In this document: positions 1-7,925 of the stretch, one piece after another
How the letters are laid out: each line of letters opens with the position of its first letter
How positions within the stretch are numbered: the first letter of the stretch is position 1
Assembly: GCA_027340875.1 (NCBI GenBank)
Contig: DAIENX010000018.1
Location: 1-48,980 of the forward strand
Length of the DNA: 48,980 nt
Origin: Elusimicrobiota bacterium
GTDB lineage: Bacteria; Elusimicrobiota; Elusimicrobia; Elusimicrobiales; UBA9959
Direction: 5' to 3'
The notes under the pieces: model-generated
What the model saw: only the letters and a program-made list of their open reading frames with translations
Told to the model about the DNA's origin: nothing
Databases searched by the model: none
Position numbers and translations under genes: made by a program

Positions 1-1
1 A

Positions 2-340
<339 letters not shown>

Positions 341-344
341 TTAT

Positions 345-677
345 ATGGCTGAAAATAATACTGACGCGAAGGGCACTCAGCGGATCCGCATCCGCCTTAA
401 CGCCTACGACTACAGGCTGATAGACCAGTCCACCGCGAAGATCATCGACACGGCGAAGCGGACGGGCGCGCTGATAGCGGGCCCGGTGCTGCTGCCGACG
501 AGGATCCGGAAGTACACGGTGAACAGGTCGGTGCACGTGGACAAGAAGAGCCGCGAGCAGTTCGAGATGCGCATTCACAAGCGTCTTATCGAGCTGATCA
601 GTCCTACTCAGAAGACGGTGGACGAGCTGATGAAGCTCGATCTGCCCAGCGGCGTGGAAGTGGAGATAAAGCTCTAA
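345..677 (+). CDS. rpsJ: 30S ribosomal protein S10
   Basis: [17 protein letters not shown]...GPVLLPT...[19 protein letters not shown]...[13 protein letters not shown]; directly after tuf. Confidence 0.99.
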   Translation: MAENNTDAKGTQRIRIRLNAYDYRLIDQSTAKIIDTAKRTGALIAGPVLLPTRIRKYTVNRSVHVDKKSREQFEMRIHKRLIELISPTQKTVDELMKLDLPSGVEVEIKL

Positions 678-719
678 CTTCGGCGCAGCTTTAACTAGTT
701 AGCTTGTTTCTTTTGCCAG

Positions 720-760
720 CCCTGGCTGGTCCTTAGGGACCAGCCAGGGTTTTCTTTTTC
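720..760 (+). terminator. Intrinsic terminator after rpsJ
   Basis: Perfect 13-bp stem CCCTGGCTGGTCC-ttag-GGACCAGCCAGGG followed by TTTTCTTTTT. Confidence 0.9.
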
Positions 761-790
761 TAAGGAAGACTGCAGTCGATAGTCGGGCCA

Positions 791-951
791 GGCGGGGTAT
801 GTGTCTTCAGGCACGCTATCGGCCACACCGTGGCCGCGCTCGCGCTCGGGCTCGGCGCTGGCCTATGGCCGTGCCGTATCAGGCGCTATGCGCATCAGAC
901 GGCCTACGCAAGCCTCGCCCTGCGCGACGGCCTTCAGCCCCATACCCCGCC
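791..951. repeat. MITE-like / structured non-coding element with imperfect terminal inverted repeats
   Basis: 791-811 vs 931-951 inverted (GGCGGGGTATG core, 17/21); internal hairpin CGGCCAC-acc-GTGGCCG; inverted fragments recur at 4491-4506, 10597-10620, 13556-13566. Confidence 0.5.
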
Positions 952-988
952 CGCCCCTATAGGTGCAATCCGGTCCCAACTAAAATAT

Positions 989-1019
989 GGGGCAAAGGGG
1001 TCAGGTCTTGACTTTTGAC
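989..1019 (+). repeat. Motif B (REP-like) GGGGCAAAGGGGTCAGGTCTTGA
   Basis: 23-nt identical direct copy at 1549-1571; variants at 4454, 7825, 13525, 14272. Confidence 0.85.
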
Positions 1020-1064
1020 CTTTAGGGCAGGCTGACGGGTAAAGGTGTAATGGGGGCGTATGCA

Positions 1065-1505
1065 ATGAAAACACTATTGTGTTGTGTGCTTTTGTTCTCT
1101 TCGTCGCTGGTTTTTGCGAATAGTTCTGAGTGGAAATTCCTTACCATAGATGCGGAATGGAATATCCATAAAGGCACAGCTGCTGTTATCTTAAAAAATG
1201 GGGATGAATTTGAATACCCCAAGCAATATTCTTTTTCGATTCAATTCGTCGCGAAGGATAGATCTAATCAATCTCAAAATTTTAATATACATGGGGTAAT
1301 GAAAGACAATTCCATCGCATATTTATTTTTGCATTCTAATCTTGAAGGTAAGGTGGCAATGGGTCCCTCTGGCGTTATGCAGGAGTGTAGTGGCAAATAC
1401 AGTAAAATTTCTCACGAAGATTCTGATGAAGTGCAAGAGAATATCAGCTTGTTGTGTGATAATTCATTGTTTTTTACATTTAGAAGAGACTCAAAGAGAA
1501 AATAG
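1065..1505 (+). CDS. Hypothetical secreted protein (AT-rich cassette)
   Basis: MKTLLCCVLLFSSSLVFA signal-peptide-like N-terminus; markedly AT-rich; bounded by direct copies of motif B; alternative start 1050. Confidence 0.7.
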   Translation: MKTLLCCVLLFSSSLVFANSSEWKFLTIDAEWNIHKGTAAVILKNGDEFEYPKQYSFSIQFVAKDRSNQSQNFNIHGVMKDNSIAYLFLHSNLEGKVAMGPSGVMQECSGKYSKISHEDSDEVQENISLLCDNSLFFTFRRDSKRK

Positions 1506-1557
1506 CTACCGTCGAGCAAAGGGTCTCGGGAGAGCAGCGGCAAACGGGGGGGCAAAG

Positions 1558-1669
1558 GGGTCAGGTCTTGATTGTTGACTGTTGAGACGGAGCCGCCGGG
1601 GAAGCCCGGCGGTTTTGCTTTTGGTAGAATGTTCGCATGGTAGGCAAGTCAAGAATCAAGACCTGACCC
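1558..1669. mobile_element. REPIN/MITE-like unit: inverted motif-B pair enclosing repeat A
   Basis: GGGTCAGGTCTTGATTGTTGAC (1558-1579) and GTCAAGAATCAAGACCTGACCC (1648-1669) are inverted, 21/22 identical. Confidence 0.55.
1590..1630 (+). repeat. Repeat A (terminator hairpin + extended -10)
   Basis: GAGCCGCCGGGGAAGCCCGGCGGTTTTGCTTTTGGTAGAAT. Confidence 0.9.
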
Positions 1670-1743
1670 TATTCGTACGTTATCATCGTCGCGGTTATAG
1701 TGATTGTTTGGAGGCAGGACGTTTGTCAGTTCTTTTTGAAGAG

Positions 1744-2151
1744 ATGAACGACCATAATTATTACAGTACTTTTCTCAGCGTAGCGGAAGATTCCAGGGCG
1801 CTGACCGGTGTAGTCCCGGAGGCCAAAGCCGGGAAAGACACCGTTGCTTCGCTCCAGTACAAACTTATTTCGAAAGCGCCGTACGAACTTACCCAGGAAG
1901 ATGTTTTATTCAAAGTATACGCTCTCCGAAACAATATCGCCGATAATGATCTGAAAAAAGAAAGAGAAAAATTCTTTTCCAAAAGGCAGCCTTGCTTGCG
2001 AACTTCGCCTCTTGGCAAGGCTTATGGCTGGGGTATTCATTTCCGCCGGGATGGGAAAATCGCTTTATATGCGGTCGATTCAGGGGAATACAGGCAGTAT
2101 TCCAGGGACAAGTCGCTGAAACAGATAAAAGCAATGCGGTCAGGAAAGTAA
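1744..2151 (+). CDS. DUF6157-like hypothetical protein
   Basis: NYYSTFLSVAEDS...TVASLQY...FFSKRQPCLRTSPLGKAYGWGIHF; the longer ORF from 1582 only reads through repeats. Confidence 0.75.
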   Translation: MNDHNYYSTFLSVAEDSRALTGVVPEAKAGKDTVASLQYKLISKAPYELTQEDVLFKVYALRNNIADNDLKKEREKFFSKRQPCLRTSPLGKAYGWGIHFRRDGKIALYAVDSGEYRQYSRDKSLKQIKAMRSGK

Positions 2152-2158
2152 AAAAAGC

Positions 2159-2180
2159 GGAATTCCGGGGACACAATATT
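2159..2180 (+). repeat. Motif D (REP-like) GGAATTCCGGGGACACAATA
   Basis: Related copies at 8985-9011, 9614-9638, 11195-11221 and 10071-10114, each directly 5' of repeat A. Confidence 0.8.
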
Positions 2181-2183
2181 GCG

Positions 2184-2226
2184 GAGCCGCCGGGGAAGCC
2201 CGGCGGTTCTGTTTTGGTAGGATAAT
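2184..2226 (+). repeat. Repeat A
   Basis: GAGCCGCCGGGGAAGCCCGGCGGTTCTGTTTTGGTAGGATAAT. Confidence 0.9.
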
Positions 2227-2254
2227 GCGGATGGGGGCTTCGCCCCGGCGCCTG

Positions 2255-3118
2255 CTACTTCGTAATGGGGGTAAGGACAAACAGTGGGTCTTTGTCGCAG
2301 ACTATAACGCCTGCTTCTTCCGGATATGACAGGCCGTAGATGTATAAAACCTTGTCCTTCCAGCTGTAACCCATCCTTTCGGGGAAGCCGTTCTTCATCC
2401 TGATCTGTCCGAAGCTGTCGTCCAGCACGTCGAAGGTCTGGCAGCCGCCGTCGGGCTAGTCTTCCGCGAAGTCCTGCTGCACCGCGTAATTGAACGCGCG
2501 GCCGGGCCAGACGGCTTTTTTGTCGGTGAAAACGAAGGAGCGCCCCTGGCTGTCCTTATACTTTCCGGCAAGTACGGTCCTGTTCACGTACCGCGTGATG
2601 TCCTCGCCGGTCTTTATGAACGCCGCTTTCCGCCATTCGATCTTCTTATTCTCGTCAAAATCCTTTTTGCTCCACTCAATTTCCTGAACGGAGTTGCCGG
2701 CTCTGGAGACTATCCGGACCATTTCCCCGGAGGTCATGGGGGTCAGTTTCACGGTCTTTTCCGGGCCTTCGGCCAATTCCTCCTTGCCGTAGACAAGGAT
2801 AAAGGAGTCGTCGCCTGCGGGCCGCAGGTCCAGTATGGCCGGGGCATCCCCACCCTCATGGAAGTTGTAGATGAACGTCCTGACATAGCGGCCATTGGCC
2901 GGGCCGCTGTCCGCCTTGAAGATGCGCAGGCTGCAGGCGTCCGGGACCTTCTCTACGGCTTGCTTGGGGTCTTTGGTGGCTTGCAGGGTCTCGGAGTACT
3001 CCTTGCTCAGCCAGGTCCCGGCCAGCTGTTCTATGGAGACGGCGGTCTTCTCCGCCGCGGCGGACGTAATGGCCGGGATGAAAAGGATCGCTGTTATGAT
3101 CGCGGATATTATTCGCAT
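2255..3118 (-). pseudogene. Secreted hypothetical protein with internal in-frame TAG at 2456-2458
   Basis: 220-aa ORF with signal peptide; the frame continues 66 sense codons after the TAG (PDGGCQTFDVLDDSFG...KDPLFVLTPITK) to TAG at 2255. Confidence 0.6.
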
Positions 3119-3185
3119 AATTCCCTTATGTAGCCGCCGTGCCTGGATAACGGGAATATAATAGCATTATTGCCGTTTTTGGGGG

Positions 3186-3215
3186 TTGACGGGCTTGCGG
3201 GGTTAGTGCTATACT
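3186..3215 (+). promoter_or_regulatory. Sigma70-like promoter of ArsR gene (probably leaderless)
   Basis: TTGACG-18-TATACT with TG extension; GTG start 6 nt after the -10. Confidence 0.55.
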
Positions 3216-3221
3216 ACTGTT

Positions 3222-3536
3222 GTGGAAATATCGAACTATTCAAGGGTATTCAAGGCGCTCTCCAATGAACAGCGGCTCAGGATATTCATGATGATATACG
3301 AGCGCTGGAAGAAGGAGCGGGACGCGGCCCTCATCCCGGCGGAGGAGGGATGCTGCGCGGTGGACAGGGCTTTCACCAAGATCTGCTCCTGCATGAAGCT
3401 GTCGCGCTCTACCATCTCGCACCATTTCAAGGAGCTCCAGGCCGCCGGCCTGATAACCTGCGAGCGGGACGGGCAATCGTATAAGTGCCGCATCAATGAG
3501 AAGTCGATAGAGTCCATAAAGCATTTCCTGAAGTGA
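3222..3536 (+). CDS. ArsR/SmtB family transcriptional regulator
   Basis: FKALSNEQRLRIF...LSRSTISHHFKELQAAGLITCERDG; Cys-rich insert GCCAV..ICSC. Confidence 0.9.
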   Translation: MEISNYSRVFKALSNEQRLRIFMMIYERWKKERDAALIPAEEGCCAVDRAFTKICSCMKLSRSTISHHFKELQAAGLITCERDGQSYKCRINEKSIESIKHFLK

Positions 3537-3555
3537 TTTTTTTTGCGGAGTATGT

Positions 3556-3571
3556 TCGATGTTCGTAGAAC
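3556..3571. promoter_or_regulatory. Putative ArsR operator (imperfect inverted repeat)
   Basis: GTTCGA-tgttcg-TAGAAC between arsR-like gene and small Cys-rich gene; TCGAACTA also overlaps the ArsR 5' end. Confidence 0.35.
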
Positions 3572-3595
3572 TATAAAACAAAAGGAGGTGATAAT

Positions 3596-3763
3596 ATGAA
3601 GAACTGCTGCGACAAGAACCTGGAGAAACTTTGCGGCGAGCTCGACTGCAAGACCACCGAGACAGCTGATGGCGTTAAGGTCGAGATAACCGCGAAAGAC
3701 CCGAAGAAGACCGGTTCCCTGAAGGCGCTCGTGAAGGCCTGCAAGGAATTCTGCTGCTGCTAG
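3596..3763 (+). CDS. Small Cys-rich putative metal-binding protein (55 aa; not in ORF track)
   Basis: Strong RBS AGGAGGTG; MKNCCDKNLEKLCGELDCKTTETADGVKVEITAKDPKKTGSLKALVKACKEFCCC; downstream of ArsR. Confidence 0.8.
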   Translation: MKNCCDKNLEKLCGELDCKTTETADGVKVEITAKDPKKTGSLKALVKACKEFCCC

Positions 3764-3817
3764 CTGACATGGCGTCGGGAGGTGGGCCCGCCTCCCGGCG
3801 CCGCTTCTGCTCTTTTT

Positions 3818-3851
3818 GAGCCGCCGGGGAAGCCCGGCGGTTTTGCTTTTT
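3818..3851 (+). repeat. Repeat A (no TAGAAT)
   Basis: GAGCCGCCGGGGAAGCCCGGCGGTTTTGCTTTTT. Confidence 0.9.
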
Positions 3852-3906
3852 CCGACAACCCCTTGTCGGGTTCGTCTGCTAGGATATAAGCGGGAAGGGA
3901 GGGTTT

Positions 3907-4446
3907 ATGTCCGAGGGGATCGTTCCGAGGGTCGATATTGAGTCGAAAATACTCTTGATCCGCGGATACAGGGTAATGCTGGACTCGGCGCTGGCGGATA
4001 TTTACGGTACCAGTACTAAGCGGCTTAACGAGCAGGTGTTCAGGAATCGGGCCCGGTTTCCCGGGGATTTCATGTTCCAGTTGACCCGGGCTGAATACGA
4101 TTCTTTGAGGTCGCAATTTGCGACCTCAAAAGGACGCGGGGGGCGGCGTTATCTACCTTATGTCTTTACCGAGTACGGCTGCATCCATGCCGCCAACGTG
4201 GTCAATACGGAGATCGCTATACAGGCGAGCATTGCCGTGGTGAGGGCGTTCGTGCGCTTGCGGCAGCTGGTCTTTGCTCACCGGGAACTGGCCGAAAAGC
4301 TTTCTGAACTGGAACGAAAGGTGGCCGGACAGGACGCGGAGATCCGCTCTATAGTGGGGATGATCCGTGAGCTGATGGAGGGGATGTCTCAGGATCGTCC
4401 AGGTAAAGAGTGCGGCCCAATGCGCAGGATAGGGTTTAGCCCATAA
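3907..4446 (+). CDS. ORF6N domain DNA-binding protein
   Basis: IRGYRVMLDSALADIYGTSTKRLNEQVFRNRARFPGDFMFQLT...GGRRYLPYVFTEYG...RRIGF. Confidence 0.9.
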   Translation: MSEGIVPRVDIESKILLIRGYRVMLDSALADIYGTSTKRLNEQVFRNRARFPGDFMFQLTRAEYDSLRSQFATSKGRGGRRYLPYVFTEYGCIHAANVVNTEIAIQASIAVVRAFVRLRQLVFAHRELAEKLSELERKVAGQDAEIRSIVGMIRELMEGMSQDRPGKECGPMRRIGFSP

Positions 4447-4529
4447 GGCGCAAGGGCAAAGTGGTCAGGTCTTGGCAGTCTGATGGTCGCCTGATGCGCA
4501 TAGCGCAGACTTTTGACTGTTGAGGCTTA

Positions 4530-4569
4530 AGCCGCCGGGAAAGCCCGGTGGTTTTGCTTTTGGTAGAAT
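4530..4569 (+). repeat. Repeat A, preceded by split motif B (4454-4524)
   Basis: AGCCGCCGGGAAAGCCCGGTGGTTTTGCTTTTGGTAGAAT. Confidence 0.88.
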
Positions 4570-4610
4570 GTGGGGACAATACTGCCGGGAAGATCGGTCC
4601 GAGCTACTGC

Positions 4611-5456
4611 ATGATACCACCTCTCCGAATGCTGATAGGAGCCTTCTTTCTGGCTTGGGCGGGAGCGTTGCCGTCTCTGGCGGAGGAGGCCTGTTCTCCT
4701 CCTATCCACACGGGGCCGCAGTCGCACGGGGCCCGGTCAAGCAACCCGAATATATCATCAGGCGACTGCGCGCGGTATCGGGAGGCCCAAGAGGTGGTGG
4801 ATAAACTCGCCAAGGCGGGTGGCTTGTCGCTGAATCCCGTGGCGATTTTCAAGATAGACGATTTCGGGGTCTCGTACAACCGGTATGATCGACGGGTGGC
4901 TATAAGTCTTGGCGCGCTGCGCCGTCCCGGGGGGGTCATGGCGCTGACGGGGATACTCGCGCACGAGATCGGGCATGCCTTGCAATGGGACGCCCACGCG
5001 CGGAAAGCGATTTTCAGCCAGCCCGCCTACAAGGGGACCGTGCAGTTTGAAGCGCATGCCGATGCTCTGGGCGCTTTGTTGCTTGAAAGATCGGGTGTGG
5101 GACAAAAGGCGCTGCGGCTCAGCCATGTGGTATCCTGGGGCTGTTCCGATATGCTGATCGACCATGGGAACGCATATAGGCCGGCTCACGGGGACAGATG
5201 GGTGAATGGCGTGCTCTTTCGAGAACGGGTGGTTTCGCTCGCCGCGATCAAGCCTGCCGGCGATCCAGTGGAGTTGATAGGGCTTGATGCTTTCGATGAG
5301 CGTGGCCGGGTAAGGGGCGTGTTTTTGAGCACTGAACCGGCGGTCGCGGCGGGGCTAGAGTCGGATGCCTTTCGCCGGGGACTTATTAAGGAGCGCTGCG
5401 GGGTCCCGGGGTGGCTGTTCCGGCTGGAAGACTGGCGGCGCCGTTGGATAAAGTGA
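4611..5456 (+). CDS. Putative secreted M48-like zinc metallopeptidase
   Basis: Signal-like N-terminus; GILAHEIGH (HExxH) and downstream EAHADALG. Confidence 0.6.
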   Translation: MIPPLRMLIGAFFLAWAGALPSLAEEACSPPIHTGPQSHGARSSNPNISSGDCARYREAQEVVDKLAKAGGLSLNPVAIFKIDDFGVSYNRYDRRVAISLGALRRPGGVMALTGILAHEIGHALQWDAHARKAIFSQPAYKGTVQFEAHADALGALLLERSGVGQKALRLSHVVSWGCSDMLIDHGNAYRPAHGDRWVNGVLFRERVVSLAAIKPAGDPVELIGLDAFDERGRVRGVFLSTEPAVAAGLESDAFRRGLIKERCGVPGWLFRLEDWRRRWIK

Positions 5457-5482
5457 CACTGAACTTAACTCGGTAAGTCTGG

Positions 5483-5513
5483 GCCGCCGGGGGCAAGCCG
5501 GCGGTTATTTTTT
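5483..5513 (+). repeat. Repeat A, degenerate (terminator-like)
   Basis: GCCGCCGGGGGCAAGCCGGCGGTTATTTTTT. Confidence 0.65.
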
Positions 5514-5535
5514 ATGCGGGGGCGGCGGGCTGGTC

Positions 5536-5565
5536 TTGACATGCTAGTCTAAATTAGACTACCAT
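5536..5565 (+). promoter_or_regulatory. Promoter with 8-1-8 palindromic operator (probable PadR site)
   Basis: TTGACA...TACCAT with TAGTCTAA-A-TTAGACTA (5545-5561) in the spacer, upstream of the VOC-HhH-PadR operon. Confidence 0.6.
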
Positions 5566-5607
5566 ATCACTTGTGCTCTTGGATGTTATAAACACGGGGA
5601 GGAAGCT

Positions 5608-6054
5608 ATGAAACTTAACAATATCCGGTTAATGACAAATAAGTTCGACGAAACGTTCTCTTTCTACTCTAAAACCCTCGGTTTCGAGGTCACCTGGGGC
5701 GCTCCCGGGGAGACCTATGCGCATTTCAAGGCGCCCGGCGGCGGAGAACTCTCGCTTTTCAGCCGTAAGGCCATGGCGGAGGCCCTGGGGACGGAACGGC
5801 TGCCGGCCGCGGCGGCCGCGCAGGACGGGTTCGCGCTCATACTGGAGGTGCCGTCGGTGGACGGCGTCTTTAACGAGCTTTCGGCTAAAGGTGTAAAGTT
5901 CCTTACGACGCCGGAGGACAGGAAGGACTGGGGTATCCGCACGGCGCATCTGCGGGACCCTGAAGGGAACCTGCTGGAGCTTATCTCGGACCTGCCCAGG
6001 GAACAATGGAGCAAGGAGCTTAACGAGGAAGCGAAAAGCTATGTCAAAGAATAG
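5608..6054 (+). CDS. VOC/glyoxalase family protein
   Basis: FYSKTLGFEV...WGIRTAHLRDPEGNLLEL; RBS GGAGG. Confidence 0.9.
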   Translation: MKLNNIRLMTNKFDETFSFYSKTLGFEVTWGAPGETYAHFKAPGGGELSLFSRKAMAEALGTERLPAAAAAQDGFALILEVPSVDGVFNELSAKGVKFLTTPEDRKDWGIRTAHLRDPEGNLLELISDLPREQWSKELNEEAKSYVKE

Positions 6055-6313
6055 GCGCCTGGAGGACCTGGTATCCGTGGGGCCGGCGACGTTGGAAGAC
6101 CTGCGCAGGCTGGGTGTGCGTAGCGTGGCGGAACTGGCGCGCCGCGAGCCACGGGAATTATACCGGGAACTGTGCCGCCAAAAGGGCCGGCACGTCGATA
6201 TCTGCTGCCTGGATACGTTTGCCGCGGCGGTAGCCCAGGCGAAGGATCCGGCGCTGCCGGCAGTGAAACGCTTCTGGTGGTATTGGAGCCGCCAGCGCAA
6301 GAAGAAAGTATGA
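6041..6313 (+). CDS. Helix-hairpin-helix domain protein (mitomycin-resistance/Cdd1-like)
   Basis: LEDLVSVGPATLEDLRRLGV...LYRELC...DICCLDTFAAAV...WWYWS; overlaps neighbours. Confidence 0.75.
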   Translation: MSKNRRLEDLVSVGPATLEDLRRLGVRSVAELARREPRELYRELCRQKGRHVDICCLDTFAAAVAQAKDPALPAVKRFWWYWSRQRKKKV

Positions 6314-6861
6314 GATCCCGCTCTCTTTCCACCTGCGATATCCTGATCTTAAGCCTGCTGTGCGAGCAGCCGATGCACGGCTATCAGATGAACCAGGAAC
6401 TTGAGAACAGGGATGTCAGGGACTGGGCTAATATCTCCAGGCCGCAGGTGTATTACTCCCTGAAAAAGCTGGAGCAGATGGGGATGGTCTCCCCTGCCGC
6501 CGACGCCCAGCCGCCTGTCGGCCCGGAACGCCGGCTGTGCCGTATAAATTCCTCCGGCCGCGCTGCATTGGTTAAAGCGCTGGGGCGGAAGAGCTGGGCC
6601 TCGCAGCGCACTATACCGCCTTTCCTCACCTGGCTGGCCCTTTCGCCGCATGCCGGGAAAGATGCCGTGCGTGCGCAGCTGAAAGCCAGGGCGGAATATC
6701 TCGGCCGGGAACTAGAGCGCGAGCGGAAGACGCTCGCGGCGCTGGCCAGTGAAACCGGTGTCATGGCCGTGCCGGCCCGCCTGATGGTGGAGCTGACGGT
6801 GAAGCACTTCGAAACGGAGCTGGAATGGCTGAAGAAAGCGAAAAAGGAGATATTGGAGTAG
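6310..6861 (+). CDS. PadR family transcriptional regulator
   Basis: ILSLLCEQPMHGYQM...ISRPQVYYSLKKLEQMG...PERR; ATGA coupling at 6310. Confidence 0.88.
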   Translation: MRSRSLSTCDILILSLLCEQPMHGYQMNQELENRDVRDWANISRPQVYYSLKKLEQMGMVSPAADAQPPVGPERRLCRINSSGRAALVKALGRKSWASQRTIPPFLTWLALSPHAGKDAVRAQLKARAEYLGRELERERKTLAALASETGVMAVPARLMVELTVKHFETELEWLKKAKKEILE

Positions 6862-6886
6862 GGGGTTGGGCCCATATCCTGATCGC

Positions 6887-6930
6887 AGCCGCCGGGGGAG
6901 AGGAACCCGGCGGTTTTGCTTTTGTAGAAT
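6887..6930 (+). repeat. Repeat A (expanded loop)
   Basis: AGCCGCCGGGGGAGAGGAACCCGGCGGTTTTGCTTTTGTAGAAT. Confidence 0.85.
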
Positions 6931-6977
6931 GTGGAGGGGGAGTTGATCACGGGAGAGGGGGAAGGAGCTGGATCTGA

Positions 6978-7766
6978 ATGGGTATTAAGATATTCCATAT
7001 TGACGCTTTTACGGATGAGCGGTTTGCGGGGAATCCGGCTGCGGTGTGCCTGCTCAAGAGGATGCCTGACAGGCGCTGGATGAGGGCCGTGGCGGCGGAG
7101 ATGAACCTGTCCGAGACGGCTTTCGTGGTACCGGCGAAAGGCGGGTTCCTGCTGAAGTGGTTCACGCCGGCTACCGAGGTGGAGCTGTGCGGGCACGCTA
7201 CGCTGGCCAGCGCGCACGCGCTCTGGTCGAGCGGGGCCGTTAAGAAGGACGTTATAAAGTTCCGCACGCTGAGCGGCACGCTTACGGCCGAGCGCGCGGG
7301 GAAGTGGATAAAGCTGGATTTCCCGGCGCGGGTGACGAAGCCTGCCGCCGCGCCGGCCGGGCTGGCGCGGGTGCTCGGAAAAAAGCCGCTTGCCCTGCAC
7401 CGCAGCGGGCCGTATTACATAGCCGAGTACCGGGACGAGAAAACTGTCAGAGCTATCGCCCCGGATTTCGAGGCGCTCAGGCGCCTGCCGATGCTGGATA
7501 TAGCGGTTACGGCGCCCGGGGGCGGAAAGCCTTACGATTTCGTCTCCCGCCTGTTCGCCCCGGCCGAGGGTGTCAACGAGGACCCTGTTACGGGATCCGC
7601 CCATTGCGGCCTGGCGCAGTACTGGGCGGCGAAGCTCGGAAAAAAAGAATTCCTGGCTAGGCAGGTCTCGAAGCGGGGCGGCACGCTGCGCCTGAGTCTT
7701 TGCGGGAACAGGGTGATCATACAGGGCCAGGCCGTGACCGTCTTCTCCGGGGATATGCGGGCGTAA
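6978..7766 (+). CDS. PhzF family isomerase/epimerase
   Basis: DAFTDERFAGNPAAV...EMNLSETAF...EVELCGHATLA...EDPVTGSAH. Confidence 0.95.
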   Translation: MGIKIFHIDAFTDERFAGNPAAVCLLKRMPDRRWMRAVAAEMNLSETAFVVPAKGGFLLKWFTPATEVELCGHATLASAHALWSSGAVKKDVIKFRTLSGTLTAERAGKWIKLDFPARVTKPAAAPAGLARVLGKKPLALHRSGPYYIAEYRDEKTVRAIAPDFEALRRLPMLDIAVTAPGGGKPYDFVSRLFAPAEGVNEDPVTGSAHCGLAQYWAAKLGKKEFLARQVSKRGGTLRLSLCGNRVIIQGQAVTVFSGDMRA

Positions 7767-7791
7767 AACAACAGGGCAAATGCGGCGCAAG

Positions 7792-7812
7792 AAAAGGTAC
7801 CTGGTACCTTTT
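7792..7812. repeat. Motif C perfect palindrome AAAAGGTACC-T-GGTACCTTTT
   Basis: Copies at 10647-10671, 11743-11765, 13585-13609; variant at 12904-12924. Confidence 0.88.
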
Positions 7813-7854
7813 GCACATCGACGTGGGCAAAGAGGTCAGGTCTTTAAAGAGGCG

Positions 7855-7878
7855 GAGCCGCCGGGGAAAAGCCCGGCG
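7855..7878 (+). repeat. Repeat A (hairpin only), preceded by motifs C and B
   Basis: GAGCCGCCGGGGAAAAGCCCGGCG; motif B GGGCAAAGAGGTCAGGTCTT at 7825-7844. Confidence 0.8.
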
Positions 7879-7925
7879 ACGGGGAAAGGGGACGTTCTCG
7901 ACCAGCGCCCCCCGGCTCACTTACA

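Noticed and set aside
799..1018. ORFs 799-1011 and 830-1018
   Set aside because: They read through the structured element and motif B (KGVRS/GSGLDF), with no RBS or recognisable protein
1582..1743. N-terminal extensions such as MRRSRRGSPAV, PPGKPGG and MFCR in several ORFs
   Set aside because: These are translations of repeat A; the true starts lie downstream
2456..2458. Genome-wide TAG recoding or pyrrolysine
   Set aside because: Many well-defined genes end in TAG at the expected position; no pyl genes seen
3907..4446. Prophage suggested by the ORF6N domain
   Set aside because: No structural, integrase or replication genes nearby; a stand-alone cassette
6453..7790. Long antisense or alternative-frame ORFs (also 15119-16162, 33046-34707, 38697-40106, 43263-44600)
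   Set aside because: Shadow ORFs of high-GC genes overlapping clearly recognisable CDSs
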